Position numbers and translations under genes: made by a program | Shown here: positions 28,419 through 38,864 of the stretch, in pieces | How positions within the stretch are numbered: the first letter of the stretch is position 1 | How the letters are laid out: every line of letters starts with the position of its first letter | Origin: Promethearchaeota archaeon | GTDB taxonomy: Archaea; Asgardarchaeota; Lokiarchaeia; Sigyniarchaeales; SOKP01 | Reading direction: 5' to 3' | DNA: 64,000 nt | NCBI GenBank assembly: GCA_011364925.1 | Contig: RDOA01000015.1 | Coordinates: 1-64,000 of the forward strand | The notes under the pieces: generated by a model | The model's database searches: none | The model's input: only the letters and a program-made list of their open reading frames with translations | What the model was told of the DNA's origin: nothing

Positions 28419-30293
28419 TTAAATCCCTAAAGACTTTACTTCTATATTACGATACCAAGATAATATTCCATAAATAGTAAGAATTGCCCCAAAAATAAAA
28501 AGAATTGAAGTAAAAAGAATTGTTCCTGCAATACTTGAGATATATGTAATAGAAGAACCTAAGTAAACAGTTAAATCTTGGATTACGAAGGATTTATTAA
28601 CGAACATAAATACTACACCAAAAATAATTACTCCGGAGATGATTTGTAAAGCTGCGATTATAAGATTTATATTATGGATTGCTCTAGATCTTTTTTTGCC
28701 TAAATCAATAATCTGAGCATTCCCAATATTAATTGCAACTTTTTCTCTGTCGACAAATTTAACATAATAATAAGCTAATTCTCTAAGAGGCAATAAGTCA
28801 AGTATAACTGTTATTATAGTAAACACGCATATTCCAATTACAATTCTATTTATAATAATTAAGTCAGGAGCGACTACGGAAAAATTATTTATAGCCATTA
28901 TAAATAATCCTAATGCTAGAGAAAAGACGAATTTTATACCTGTTAAGGTCAGATTCTTGGAGGGTTTATCAGTCATTATCAATAACTGATATGTAAAACC
29001 AATTATCACTATTATAAGTCCCATAACTAAGGCAATTGGTTCAATTATAATACCTAGAATTACGGCGAAAGCTAAGAAGCATATAAAAATAAAGATAGGT
29101 AAAAATGGAAAAAATGGTGCTTTAAACGGACGATCTAATTCTTTTCTTTTTCGTCTTAACTTTACTGCTGCATAATTTACAAAAGCTAAAGCAAAAAAGT
29201 AGATAAAGTTAGTTATATTAGCAGCTAAAAATTTTGCACCGGCAAAAATCGTGAATAAAAGGATTATAACCACAGAAATTACCAATCCTAATATTGGTAA
29301 ATCTGATTTAGATTTAGTTTCTCTAACTTTTTCGGGTATAAATCGATCTCGTGCTAATGCAGTTATAATACTTACTGCTGAACCTAATGCAGCATTTATC
29401 GCAATCATAGTTGAGATTAAGGCGGCAATAACCATGATATAAAAACCAAATGAACCGATGATACTTTCAAATACATTAGCTAATAATATGGGACCTTCAA
29501 CTAACTCTACTGGAGTTCCTCCCATATTAACTAAAACAACAAGAGTAATTAATATGTATATAATTAATGTAGAAAGTATAGCATACATATTCGTTTTTGG
29601 AATATTTCTTGAGGGATTTTTTATCTCAGGGTTTAAGAGTGCTAGATTTGTAGTGATCGAAGGATATAAAATAAATAGAAATAAAAAGCCCGGAATGATT
29701 CCTTCGCTTTTAATCGGTGGAAGAAGAAAATTAGGATTTGTAATAGGTTGGAGTAATAATCCCAAAACGATAAAAAGCGCAAACAAGCCTATTAGTATGA
29801 AAGTTAACACCAATAATGCATTGGTAGCGATTGTTTTTTTCCTAAAAATAATTATACTTGTGAAAAGAATAGGTACAATAGAGATTCCTGTTACAATAAT
29901 ATCTGAAATTGGTAGGTTTAATTTAATAAAAACATCCTGAATCACAATAGCAAATATTTGGGCTGAAAAGGCACATGCTGCGATGTTTGCTATCCATAAA
30001 AAAAAGCCGATAATAAAAGCTAAGAACCCACCAATTCCTTCTTTACCAAAATTGTAAACACCTCCTGCTACTGGAAGGCTAGTAGAAACCTCGGCATAAT
30101 TTAATCCAGTAAAAAATATCAATATTCCTCCTAAGAGTAAACTAAAAATTAGTCCCGATCCTGCCTCATTAATTCCTAATCCTAACAGTGCGAATATGGA
30201 ACCACCTATTCCACATCCTATACCATAAATTACCCCTTGAGATAATTTTAATGTTCTTTCCGGCAGAACTTCTTTTGGCTTTACCTCATTCAA
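28419..30293 (-). CDS. APC family amino acid permease with extra C-terminal TM helices
   Basis: GIGGSIF, YAE..P.AGG.Y, EIKNPSRNIP and RPFKAP. Confidence 0.88.
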   Translation of the reverse strand: MNEVKPKEVLPERTLKLSQGVIYGIGCGIGGSIFALLGLGINEAGSGLIFSLLLGGILIFFTGLNYAEVSTSLPVAGGVYNFGKEGIGGFLAFIIGFFLWIANIAACAFSAQIFAIVIQDVFIKLNLPISDIIVTGISIVPILFTSIIIFRKKTIATNALLVLTFILIGLFALFIVLGLLLQPITNPNFLLPPIKSEGIIPGFLFLFILYPSITTNLALLNPEIKNPSRNIPKTNMYAILSTLIIYILITLVVLVNMGGTPVELVEGPILLANVFESIIGSFGFYIMVIAALISTMIAINAALGSAVSIITALARDRFIPEKVRETKSKSDLPILGLVISVVIILLFTIFAGAKFLAANITNFIYFFALAFVNYAAVKLRRKRKELDRPFKAPFFPFLPIFIFICFLAFAVILGIIIEPIALVMGLIIVIIGFTYQLLIMTDKPSKNLTLTGIKFVFSLALGLFIMAINNFSVVAPDLIIINRIVIGICVFTIITVILDLLPLRELAYYYVKFVDREKVAINIGNAQIIDLGKKRSRAIHNINLIIAALQIISGVIIFGVVFMFVNKSFVIQDLTVYLGSSITYISSIAGTILFTSILFIFGAILTIYGILSWYRNIEVKSLGI

Positions 30294-30353
30294 GATTAAT
30301 CTTTATATATTGTAATTTTTTTGGTGTGTATTCTTGAGATTATGAATCTACAC

Positions 30354-31808
30354 TTAAGATTTTTCAAGATGGAAAACTCCGCTAGCGATTGAGAAAACAC
30401 CTGCGATTATTAGGATAAGAAAAAGCAAGCTTTCCATGTCGCCAAAGTTTAATACTCTAGTGTAACCGAGGAGTACTATTATTATTATAAGGATTCCAAC
30501 TCCAATGAGGATGCCCCCGAAAAATTTCGATAATCTATAGACTAATGAAAGGAATTCTAATCTGTGGATCCTGCTTTCTTTATCACGAATTTCTTCCTCT
30601 TGGGTATCTAGTTCTAACTTTAATTTCTGAAGAAGATTTTTAGCATCATTAGTACTCTGCTCAATAACTTCTTTCGATTTAACGAGTCTTTCATGCTCTT
30701 CATTCATATAGTTTAATTTCTCAGTAATAGAATCTAATCGTTCTTCTCGTTCAGCATATTCAAGATTGGAAGTTTCAATATTCTTTTTCAGATCTTCTAA
30801 TCTAGTTTGGTTTGCTTTAATTAAATTTTCTTGACTTGCTATTTGCTCAACAATAGAGTTCATTGCATCTTTTTGTTGTTGAACTCGTGATTCGACATCA
30901 ATTAATTGTTCTTGCTTTTCTGTTAGCTGAACCTTGTATTTTGCAATAAGTTCTTCGTAAGTTTCTCTTTGTTTTTCCATTTCTGGAAAACCATCCTTAT
31001 AATCCTCTATTGTTTTCTCAATGATTTTGATCCTAGCCTCGTTTTTTTCAATCTGTTCGTTCAATAACTTTTTCTCTTCTTCTTTTGCTTCTATTTCATT
31101 GTTAGTATGCTCTAATTCATACTTATTTTTACCTATTGAAACTTGAAGCGCTTCTTTCTCAGCAGTTAAACTTTTAATCCTTTTTTCCAACGCCTCAGCA
31201 GCTTCTCTTTGCCGTTCGCGTAAACTTTCTTTTTCTTGTATTTCTTGGTTCAGTTTTGTGATGCTATTTCTGAGTTCTTCTTGATTAGCTACTTTCTCTT
31301 TTACACTATCCGTTAAAACAATTAAATCTACCTGTCTTGTTTCAAATGTGTTGACCAATTGTTCATTATTTTTTAATAATTCTTTATACTCATCCTCTAA
31401 GTTTTCTTTACTCTTCTTGATTATTTCGAATCGTTCTTCTAAATTATGTAATTCCTCATTTTTTGTATTGTATTTATCTTCATGTGTCTTTATTGTCTCT
31501 TCAATCGCAGCTAAATATTCCTCTTTATCATTGATCTTACTTTGAATTGATTCTAGCTTTTCTTGGGCTTCCTGGATTTCTTCAGTAACTTTTTCGTTTT
31601 TGCGTTCTCGCTTTTCTGGTTCTGTTTCACCAGTTTTAATTGTTTCTGAAATGTCTTCAATACTATTTTCGAAAGTCCTAAGTTTCTTTTCTATCATATC
31701 TCTTGAATCCTTAGCTTTTGACAAATATTCTTTATCTACTTTTTCAACTTCCTTTTCCGACTTTTCTCCCGATTTTTCTAGTTCTTCTTCGATCTCGTCG
31801 TCTGTCAT
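30354..31808 (-). CDS. Long coiled-coil protein with two C-terminal TM helices
   Basis: About 410 aa of E/K/Q-rich heptads, then two hydrophobic segments. Confidence 0.85.
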   Translation of the reverse strand: MTDDEIEEELEKSGEKSEKEVEKVDKEYLSKAKDSRDMIEKKLRTFENSIEDISETIKTGETEPEKRERKNEKVTEEIQEAQEKLESIQSKINDKEEYLAAIEETIKTHEDKYNTKNEELHNLEERFEIIKKSKENLEDEYKELLKNNEQLVNTFETRQVDLIVLTDSVKEKVANQEELRNSITKLNQEIQEKESLRERQREAAEALEKRIKSLTAEKEALQVSIGKNKYELEHTNNEIEAKEEEKKLLNEQIEKNEARIKIIEKTIEDYKDGFPEMEKQRETYEELIAKYKVQLTEKQEQLIDVESRVQQQKDAMNSIVEQIASQENLIKANQTRLEDLKKNIETSNLEYAEREERLDSITEKLNYMNEEHERLVKSKEVIEQSTNDAKNLLQKLKLELDTQEEEIRDKESRIHRLEFLSLVYRLSKFFGGILIGVGILIIIIVLLGYTRVLNFGDMESLLFLILIIAGVFSIASGVFHLEKS

Positions 31809-32224
31809 ATTACGATTATTATTTTTAGATTTTTAATTTTGCATTTAATAAAAGGAGAATTTGAAATTTATAATTTAATATTTATTTATATACAAGAAAT
31901 ATATTTTATTTTGCTCAACGATTTGTTGATACAAATAAATCTGCATTTTCTACATCAAAACTAACTTCTTTATAAAATATACCCTTTCCAAATATTTAAA
32001 CTTTTGACATTAATTTATTTTGAAGGACTATCGTTTCAAGATCTAGCGATAAATTTATATAAGAGTATCTATGGAAAGATAGAGTGAAGAGGTTTTTCAA
32101 AGCTCTAATTTTCAGAAACTATAATCCAGATTACGGATTATCTTTTTTAACATTATCTAAAAGGTAAATATATTATCCTCCTTAGAAAAATAGTTTATTC
32201 TATTTTATTCTGATTATAGGAGAC

Positions 32225-33718
32225 TTAATTAAAACGTTGCTGTTTTATATCCACTTCTTTGATCAACTTAACCTTAACATTAATAAAAAAAGTTCTTGGT
32301 CCAAAAGTTACTAAGGTATAGTAATTTTCACGACTCCCAATTTCTAATTTTCTATCAACAATTGGTAATATAAATTGGCGCTTTCCATAAATGCTTGCTA
32401 ACTCATGATCATAGTGGTTAAAATCAGCTCGATTTTCGAGTGCTCTTACTGTATGCAGAAATTGGGAGCTATCTCTTGAGGACATTTCAGCAAAAAAATA
32501 ATGCAGATCAAGATAATTTCCATATTCATGCTCATTCATAAGTAAACTTACGGTTGTATGGTAAGGTCTAATGACTAATTCTCCACTTTTTAGATCTGGA
32601 TTATCCTCTAAAGTTGAATTTAAGATTTTTTCGAGAATGTTTGTAATAAGGAGTAATTGGGTTACACCAAAGCTCCTTAACTTAATTTTATAAGAAAAAA
32701 TTAATTCATTTTTATTTTCAATTCGATCTATTTCTTTAATTTCTTTCAATGGTTCAAATATTTTAGGATCAATAGAAGGCGTAAAATAAATTGGATTTAA
32801 CCTAGTTACATTTCTAAAACCCCAAGTTTTCAAAATATTTTTATGCGAGAAATTTAGAGTTTCAATAGCTTCCAAGAATCCCCTCATCATTTGAGATACT
32901 TCTAAAGTCGGAGTAGCACTTCCAATCGTAATTCTATGCCATGAGTTTTGAATAAATCCCGGCATCGAAAATAATTGACGAAAGGAATTAGTAGGCGTCA
33001 TCCCCCCAAAAGTTCTTGGGTCGATTTCAATCCACACATTATTATAAAGCCTTAGGAGTTGATAATACAAATTAAAATCACCTGAAATATCAAGACCACT
33101 TAAAATTGTAATAATACCTGTGTGTTGGGATAAGAATGACTTGATTTTATCATAAGTAACATACTGAGCGTGATTGTCAGGGATACTAGTATTTCCGACG
33201 TCTAATTTAAGAAACAAATGGTGTTCTTTACAATATTCAATTAGTTCGTTGAGATTTTGGTTATCGTTTTTAGTTATATCTAATTCTATAAAGGAGGGAT
33301 AAATTACAATACCAACAACCGGAATCTCATCTTGGATGGCTTTTATTGATAAAATCACACTCTCTTTAAGATCAAACGATAGAATTGCTTTAAATAATTC
33401 AGGGTCTTTTTTTACAACCGTGATGACATCTTCATTAGTTATTCCATAAGATCTATTCATTTCCATTGCTTGAATTAATCCGTATTTCATATCTGAGCAA
33501 ATTAGTTCTAGTTTTTCATCCTCTAAAGATATTTTTCTGGTATAAAACAAATTATTCCCATAACTGTCCTTAAGTTTAAATAGATTTAATAGAGCATTAG
33601 AGGGTTCAAAATCGGTAAAAATTGGCCAGATCAAACTATCTATTTGACCGTAAATAAAAGCACTGGCGTATTCTTCTCCAAATATCGAACTAAAATCTGG
33701 CTGATACAACCTTTCCAA
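32225..33718 (-). CDS. Degenerate amidohydrolase-like domain fused to a YjbQ/UPF0047 domain
   Basis: C-terminal HTTVSLLMNE...H...LPIVDRKLEIG...GPR; N-terminal TIM-barrel-like pattern (YNNVWIEI, ITIGS, ILKTWG..N). Confidence 0.65.
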   Translation of the reverse strand: MERLYQPDFSSIFGEEYASAFIYGQIDSLIWPIFTDFEPSNALLNLFKLKDSYGNNLFYTRKISLEDEKLELICSDMKYGLIQAMEMNRSYGITNEDVITVVKKDPELFKAILSFDLKESVILSIKAIQDEIPVVGIVIYPSFIELDITKNDNQNLNELIEYCKEHHLFLKLDVGNTSIPDNHAQYVTYDKIKSFLSQHTGIITILSGLDISGDFNLYYQLLRLYNNVWIEIDPRTFGGMTPTNSFRQLFSMPGFIQNSWHRITIGSATPTLEVSQMMRGFLEAIETLNFSHKNILKTWGFRNVTRLNPIYFTPSIDPKIFEPLKEIKEIDRIENKNELIFSYKIKLRSFGVTQLLLITNILEKILNSTLEDNPDLKSGELVIRPYHTTVSLLMNEHEYGNYLDLHYFFAEMSSRDSSQFLHTVRALENRADFNHYDHELASIYGKRQFILPIVDRKLEIGSRENYYTLVTFGPRTFFINVKVKLIKEVDIKQQRFN

Positions 33719-33825
33719 TTTAATGACCCATTCTTCTAATTTGAACCATAAATTAAGGACATTTTAAATAAATTATTTTAATGTAGGAACCCAAATAATA
33801 ATTATTAAGTTAATTCGACTTACTA

Positions 33826-35826
33826 TTGATTATTGTATCAATGATCGATCTCACATTAGGAAATTATCCGATAATAATATCTCCGAACTTAGGGAATCCA
33901 ATCTTACTCAATTTAAGAAATAATAAAGACCATTCTCAATTTCCAGTAAAGAATTTATCTTTTAAGGCTCTCGTAATTGCTTCTAAGTCTTATTCAATTA
34001 AAAAAATTTTGGAGAACTTTCACCAGAATCTATTTATACAACCAATTTTGAAGGATAGTGGCGATTTTTCAAAAAGAAGAGGAGAATTGATAGATTTACA
34101 TCTCGTTGAAATTAAAAAAGTTGAAAAACTAGATTTCAGAGACGAACCCGTTTTAGAGGAGGAAAACTGCATTATTTGGGACATATTTAATTGTGTCTTT
34201 AAACATGATGACGTTTTCGGAAAAAGAAAAGAGCTATATAAGATAAAATTAGAAGTGAGAAATCTCCCAAAAATTGAACAATTATTAAAAGATTCTGACA
34301 GAGATTTTCTACTCTTCGATATTGTTCACGATATCCCTAATCTAAGCGAGAATAAGGTAAATTACCATAGTATCGCTGTATTTAATAAAGATTGGAAGGA
34401 TTTCAAATTCATACATGCTTCAGATTTTCATGTTGCGAGGAGAAATGATTTCATTATAAATTATTTAAGGGAAAATGTAAGATCTAAATTAGAGAGGTTT
34501 GATTCAAAAGAAAAGAAATTATCAAAGATCGATAAATTTGTGTTAACACGAGATTTTGAATTTAAAGAAGAATTCCAAGAAGAACGATACGAGGAACTAA
34601 GATATGCAAAGTATAATTTCAATTATAGTCTAAGGAAATTAATAGAATTTGCAAATATGGAAGTGTCAGAGAAAAATCTCGATTTCATGCTTATGACGGG
34701 TGATTTAATTGATTATTTAGACATAGCAAGAGGGAATTATCAATACAAAAATAATTATTTAGTGTTTTTAGACATATTGCTTGGTTTGAACAAAGGTCTA
34801 GAAGATCCTCCATACTTGGGTAATGATGATGAATTTATAAATAAACAAGAGATTTTAGTCCCTATTTTTACTATTCCGGGTAATCACGATTACAGAAAAA
34901 ACCATTACGGAATGCGTTTCGGCCAAATTCACAAAATTTTTGGAATGACTCATTCAGATGTAAAAGGATATTACGATCATAAATTTTTCAATTATCTTAC
35001 TGCTCTTAGGGCTAATGAGAGATATTTGAAAGATTATCTCAGATACATAAATCCTAATCTTAATTTTAATCTTAGAATAGGTGAGAATTATAATTTCATT
35101 TTTCTTGATACTGGACAAGACTCTGTAGCAGACATGCATGATTTGCTTAAGGGTGGTCCTAGTACAAAGGGGATTAAAGATTATCAGGTTGACTTATTAC
35201 GAGCGTATATCAAATTAGCACATAATGAAAAGATTATAGTCGTTATGCACACTCCTCCAGTTTCTCCCAATCTTAATGCCAATAAAAGAAGAAAGTATAA
35301 GAAGAAATTAAATATAAAAAATAGGCCACTAAAATGGTCAGATTTCTACGAAGAAAATTTAAAGAGCCACGATGGAACTGGAAGGTTAGATAAAATGTTA
35401 AATCTAAAATATCAGACTATAATGTATAATTGGGCTACTGTCTTGAGGATTTGTACTGGTTCAGATAAGGAAATTAGAAGAAAAGTAGATCTTGTAATTT
35501 GCGGACACACGCATACGTTAAAAGAATATCGTTTGAAAGAGGCAAAAGAAACCGAGCGAATAAATTTTGGGTTCTTGATTTTTCCTATCTACATAGAAGT
35601 ACCGTGTGAAGTATATACTTCTCGATATAGAGATAAATTTAAAGAAATAAAAGATCCAAAAGATTTACAAATTTGGTTTGATGTGAATAAACCCTTTGTT
35701 CTTCAAACGCAAGCAGTTGGACCGCTTTCGGCAAGCTTTAAGTTTAAACCGCCAGGATTTAGACTTTATACAATAAAAGAGAACCAAATAGTTAGTGCAA
35801 AAGTATTTTCATTACATCTAAAGTGA
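33826..35826 (+). CDS. Calcineurin-like metallophosphoesterase with large insertions
   Basis: SDFH, TGDLID, PGNHD, MH and CGHTH. Confidence 0.88.
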   Translation: MIIVSMIDLTLGNYPIIISPNLGNPILLNLRNNKDHSQFPVKNLSFKALVIASKSYSIKKILENFHQNLFIQPILKDSGDFSKRRGELIDLHLVEIKKVEKLDFRDEPVLEEENCIIWDIFNCVFKHDDVFGKRKELYKIKLEVRNLPKIEQLLKDSDRDFLLFDIVHDIPNLSENKVNYHSIAVFNKDWKDFKFIHASDFHVARRNDFIINYLRENVRSKLERFDSKEKKLSKIDKFVLTRDFEFKEEFQEERYEELRYAKYNFNYSLRKLIEFANMEVSEKNLDFMLMTGDLIDYLDIARGNYQYKNNYLVFLDILLGLNKGLEDPPYLGNDDEFINKQEILVPIFTIPGNHDYRKNHYGMRFGQIHKIFGMTHSDVKGYYDHKFFNYLTALRANERYLKDYLRYINPNLNFNLRIGENYNFIFLDTGQDSVADMHDLLKGGPSTKGIKDYQVDLLRAYIKLAHNEKIIVVMHTPPVSPNLNANKRRKYKKKLNIKNRPLKWSDFYEENLKSHDGTGRLDKMLNLKYQTIMYNWATVLRICTGSDKEIRRKVDLVICGHTHTLKEYRLKEAKETERINFGFLIFPIYIEVPCEVYTSRYRDKFKEIKDPKDLQIWFDVNKPFVLQTQAVGPLSASFKFKPPGFRLYTIKENQIVSAKVFSLHLK

Positions 35827-35843
35827 AAAAAGTATAGTATACT

Positions 35844-36806
35844 TTACTTTTGGGATTTCATTAATTCAATAACTTCCTCGAATGATGTGTCTGGCATAGG
35901 ACCGAAAAATTGAACTTTTAATGCACCAGCAGCGTTTGCAAACATTCCTATTTTCTTTAAATCCCACCCTGCTAAGTATCCAACGATAAAGGCTCCATCA
36001 AACGAATCACCTGCACCCGTTGGATCTATTTCCACAGCATTGTAACCGGGAATTTTAATTCCGTTAATATTTTCTCGAGAAAATATAGTACAACCTTCCT
36101 TGCCTTGTTTTAAAACTACCAAATTTAAACCTTTCTCTAATAACTTTTTACATGCATTTATTTCTCCTTTCACTCCCGCTAACATTTCTACTTCTTCTCC
36201 GCTTGGGAATAAGACAGTAGCATTATCTAAGATAGGTTTGGAAATGTCTAAAATCGTGTTTAGATCTAGCATCTCAGGTCTTAAGTTAGGATCAAATGAT
36301 ATTATCACATTTGGATTTATAGTTTTTGCAATTTCTATTGCTTTATAACAGGAATTCCGAGAAATTTTGCTTATTGAAAGGGAACTTCCCATAATATGAA
36401 GAGCTCTAACATTCGAAAAATAATCTTCATTAAGATCTTCTGGAGATACTTGTCCTGCTGCACCCGTTGCGAAAATAAACTTACGAGAACCGTCAGAGTT
36501 ATATTGATTAAACGCAATTCCAGTCGTGCAATTATCATTAACTTTTATCTTGGATACATCAATATGATCAGATCTCAGTTTTTCGAGTATTACCTCACCA
36601 AACTCATCATTTCCAATAGTACCTATAAACCCTGTTGAAAAGTTAAACGGGATCGCCATTCGAGCTACAGTATCTATGTAGATTGCCGGAGCTCCACTAG
36701 GAAATGGTCCATTATATTGATGACCAATTATTCTATGTGGTACATCCTTCTCTGTTCTCATAATTTCAACGAGTAGCTCGCCTAAACAAATAATCTCGGG
36801 ATTCAT
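35844..36806 (-). CDS. PfkB family sugar kinase
   Basis: SGAPA, FDPNLRP and DPTGAGDSF. Confidence 0.93.
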   Translation of the reverse strand: MNPEIICLGELLVEIMRTEKDVPHRIIGHQYNGPFPSGAPAIYIDTVARMAIPFNFSTGFIGTIGNDEFGEVILEKLRSDHIDVSKIKVNDNCTTGIAFNQYNSDGSRKFIFATGAAGQVSPEDLNEDYFSNVRALHIMGSSLSISKISRNSCYKAIEIAKTINPNVIISFDPNLRPEMLDLNTILDISKPILDNATVLFPSGEEVEMLAGVKGEINACKKLLEKGLNLVVLKQGKEGCTIFSRENINGIKIPGYNAVEIDPTGAGDSFDGAFIVGYLAGWDLKKIGMFANAAGALKVQFFGPMPDTSFEEVIELMKSQK

Positions 36807-36971
36807 CTTTAAATTTAAATTTTTTTACTTTTATTAAATTAAAATTAAGGTATCCTATAAATACAAGAGATTTAGAATTTAATTTCTGTATTTAAAGATT
36901 CAAAAAGGTTATTTACTTCATTTCATAATATTTTCATAAGAAAACTATAATTACTTTAATAGGGAAAAAGA

Positions 36972-38006
36972 TTGGGTTTAAAAACTAGCATAACCGAGAT
37001 GTTTGGGATTAAATATCCTATTTTAGCCGCCCCAATGGGTCCATTTTACACCACAGATTTGACTGTAGCTGTTTCTGAAGCAGGAGGTTTAGGGGTTCTC
37101 AGCCATACTAATTTGTTTGGAAAAAGTAGCTTAGCTGAAATGAAGAAAAATATGGAATTTGTTGTAGAGCATACTGATAAACCTTTTGGCTTCAACATAA
37201 GAACCTCAAGATTACAACTTGATGCTCCTGGGCTTTGCAGGGCAATTCCTAGATTCATTAATAATAATCCTAAAATTAAGGAACAGTGTTTATATGTAAT
37301 TACTAGCGCGGGTACTCCAAAGATGCTATATAATAACGCTTTTAATAAATTAAAAGAAGGAGGATCAAATATAAAGCATTTTCACGTTGCTCCTGCTCTC
37401 TGGTTGGCAGATAAGTGTGTAGATGCGGGATGTGATGGAGTTGTCGTTACAGGTTGGGAAGGCGGAGGCCATCAATCGTATGAAAAAATAAGCTCGTTAG
37501 TACTTCTACAACAAGTTAAAACTAAATATCCAGACCTCCCACTAATAGCATGTGGAGGAATTGCTACTGGGGAGGGGATGGCTGCAGCTCTATCGCTTGG
37601 AGCTGGAGGAATTGCTATGGGATCTAGATTTATAGCCTCAAAAGAAAGTGAATTTCACGATAATTATAAAAACATTATTCCTAGCGCAGAAGCAAGTGAT
37701 ACTATATGGGTTACAGGCGTATTAGGTCCTATTCGCCTTTGGAAGAATAATTATTCACAAAATCATGGCGTAGTAAGTTCTAAGGATGAAAAGATGGCTC
37801 TTGAAGCTCAAATTACTCCTGAAAAGGCTTTAAAAGACCAAAAGCATTACGAAATGACGTACAAAGGAAATATTAACGATGGTGCGGTGTTATTAGGACA
37901 AAGTATTGGAGTTATTAAATCTATTGAAAGTGTCAAAGATATCTTGGATAAGATGGTGAAGGATGCCGAGAAAGCTTTAATTAATGCCTCAAAAATGGTA
38001 ATCTAG
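36972..38006 (+). CDS. Nitronate monooxygenase / FabK-like flavoenzyme
   Basis: AVSEAGGLG, GWEGGGH, GGIA and MGSRF. Confidence 0.9.
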   Translation: MGLKTSITEMFGIKYPILAAPMGPFYTTDLTVAVSEAGGLGVLSHTNLFGKSSLAEMKKNMEFVVEHTDKPFGFNIRTSRLQLDAPGLCRAIPRFINNNPKIKEQCLYVITSAGTPKMLYNNAFNKLKEGGSNIKHFHVAPALWLADKCVDAGCDGVVVTGWEGGGHQSYEKISSLVLLQQVKTKYPDLPLIACGGIATGEGMAAALSLGAGGIAMGSRFIASKESEFHDNYKNIIPSAEASDTIWVTGVLGPIRLWKNNYSQNHGVVSSKDEKMALEAQITPEKALKDQKHYEMTYKGNINDGAVLLGQSIGVIKSIESVKDILDKMVKDAEKALINASKMVI

Positions 38007-38067
38007 TCTGTATAATGGGTAATTTAGATTAATCATAATTTTTTTTAATAATTTAATTTAAAATTAA

Positions 38068-38328
38068 GTGATATTGATGGGAAGAAAACTAAATAATAGG
38101 AAAAAAGTTGAATTAATAAATGAAGTATTAGATAGATACGACGAAGGTGCGTGTTTATATTGTGGAGGGACTCTAAATGGTGACTTAGAAAGCAGTGACT
38201 TCGATGAGGGTTATTCAGACGACTGGTGTGGCAATTGCGCGAAGGAAATTGATCCTACTGATGACTGGGAAGAAGCATGTTTAATCGCAATTGATAAAGT
38301 AATTCACGATAAAGAATTTAAGCCATAA
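38068..38328 (+). CDS. Small acidic C4 zinc-finger hypothetical protein
   Basis: CLYC...CGNC. Confidence 0.7.
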   Translation: MILMGRKLNNRKKVELINEVLDRYDEGACLYCGGTLNGDLESSDFDEGYSDDWCGNCAKEIDPTDDWEEACLIAIDKVIHDKEFKP

Positions 38329-38345
38329 GTACTTACGATTTAAGG

Positions 38346-38825
38346 GTGTTTGACTCTTTGTATAAAAGAATAGAGATAAATCCATTTGATTATCTTGACA
38401 GTTTTAACAGAAATACTGCTTTAATGGTTACAATAGATAAAGCAGGTAAATGTAATGTTATGGCGCTAGATTGGAAAAAAATCACTGAGTTTGAAGGTGA
38501 CCCTGTCATTAGAGCTCAAGTAGCGTATAGTCGATATACATATACTTTATTAACCAAGGGAGAAGCCGAATTTACGATTAATATCCCTTCAGAAAGAATT
38601 AATAATGCTGTGGATATAGCTGGATCTTTTTCTGGGAGAAATACCGATAAAATCAAAATGGCGAAATTAGAATTAATTCCCGGTGGAGCAACTAAAGTTC
38701 CTACTTTGAAAAATTGTTTATTGAACTATGAATGCAAGATAATTCATGACGCAAAGTCAGAGATTTCTAGTCATCACTATTTCTATGGTAAAATAATTCG
38801 TGCTTATGGTTCAGTTGATCTATAG
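38346..38825 (+). CDS. Flavin reductase-like (flavoredoxin) protein
   Basis: NVMA..W, SRYT, EFTINIP, SGRNTDK and YECKI. Confidence 0.88.
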   Translation: MFDSLYKRIEINPFDYLDSFNRNTALMVTIDKAGKCNVMALDWKKITEFEGDPVIRAQVAYSRYTYTLLTKGEAEFTINIPSERINNAVDIAGSFSGRNTDKIKMAKLELIPGGATKVPTLKNCLLNYECKIIHDAKSEISSHHYFYGKIIRAYGSVDL

Positions 38826-38864
38826 AAAAATAGATTCATGCTAACCTTTAATGTCGCAAGCAAT

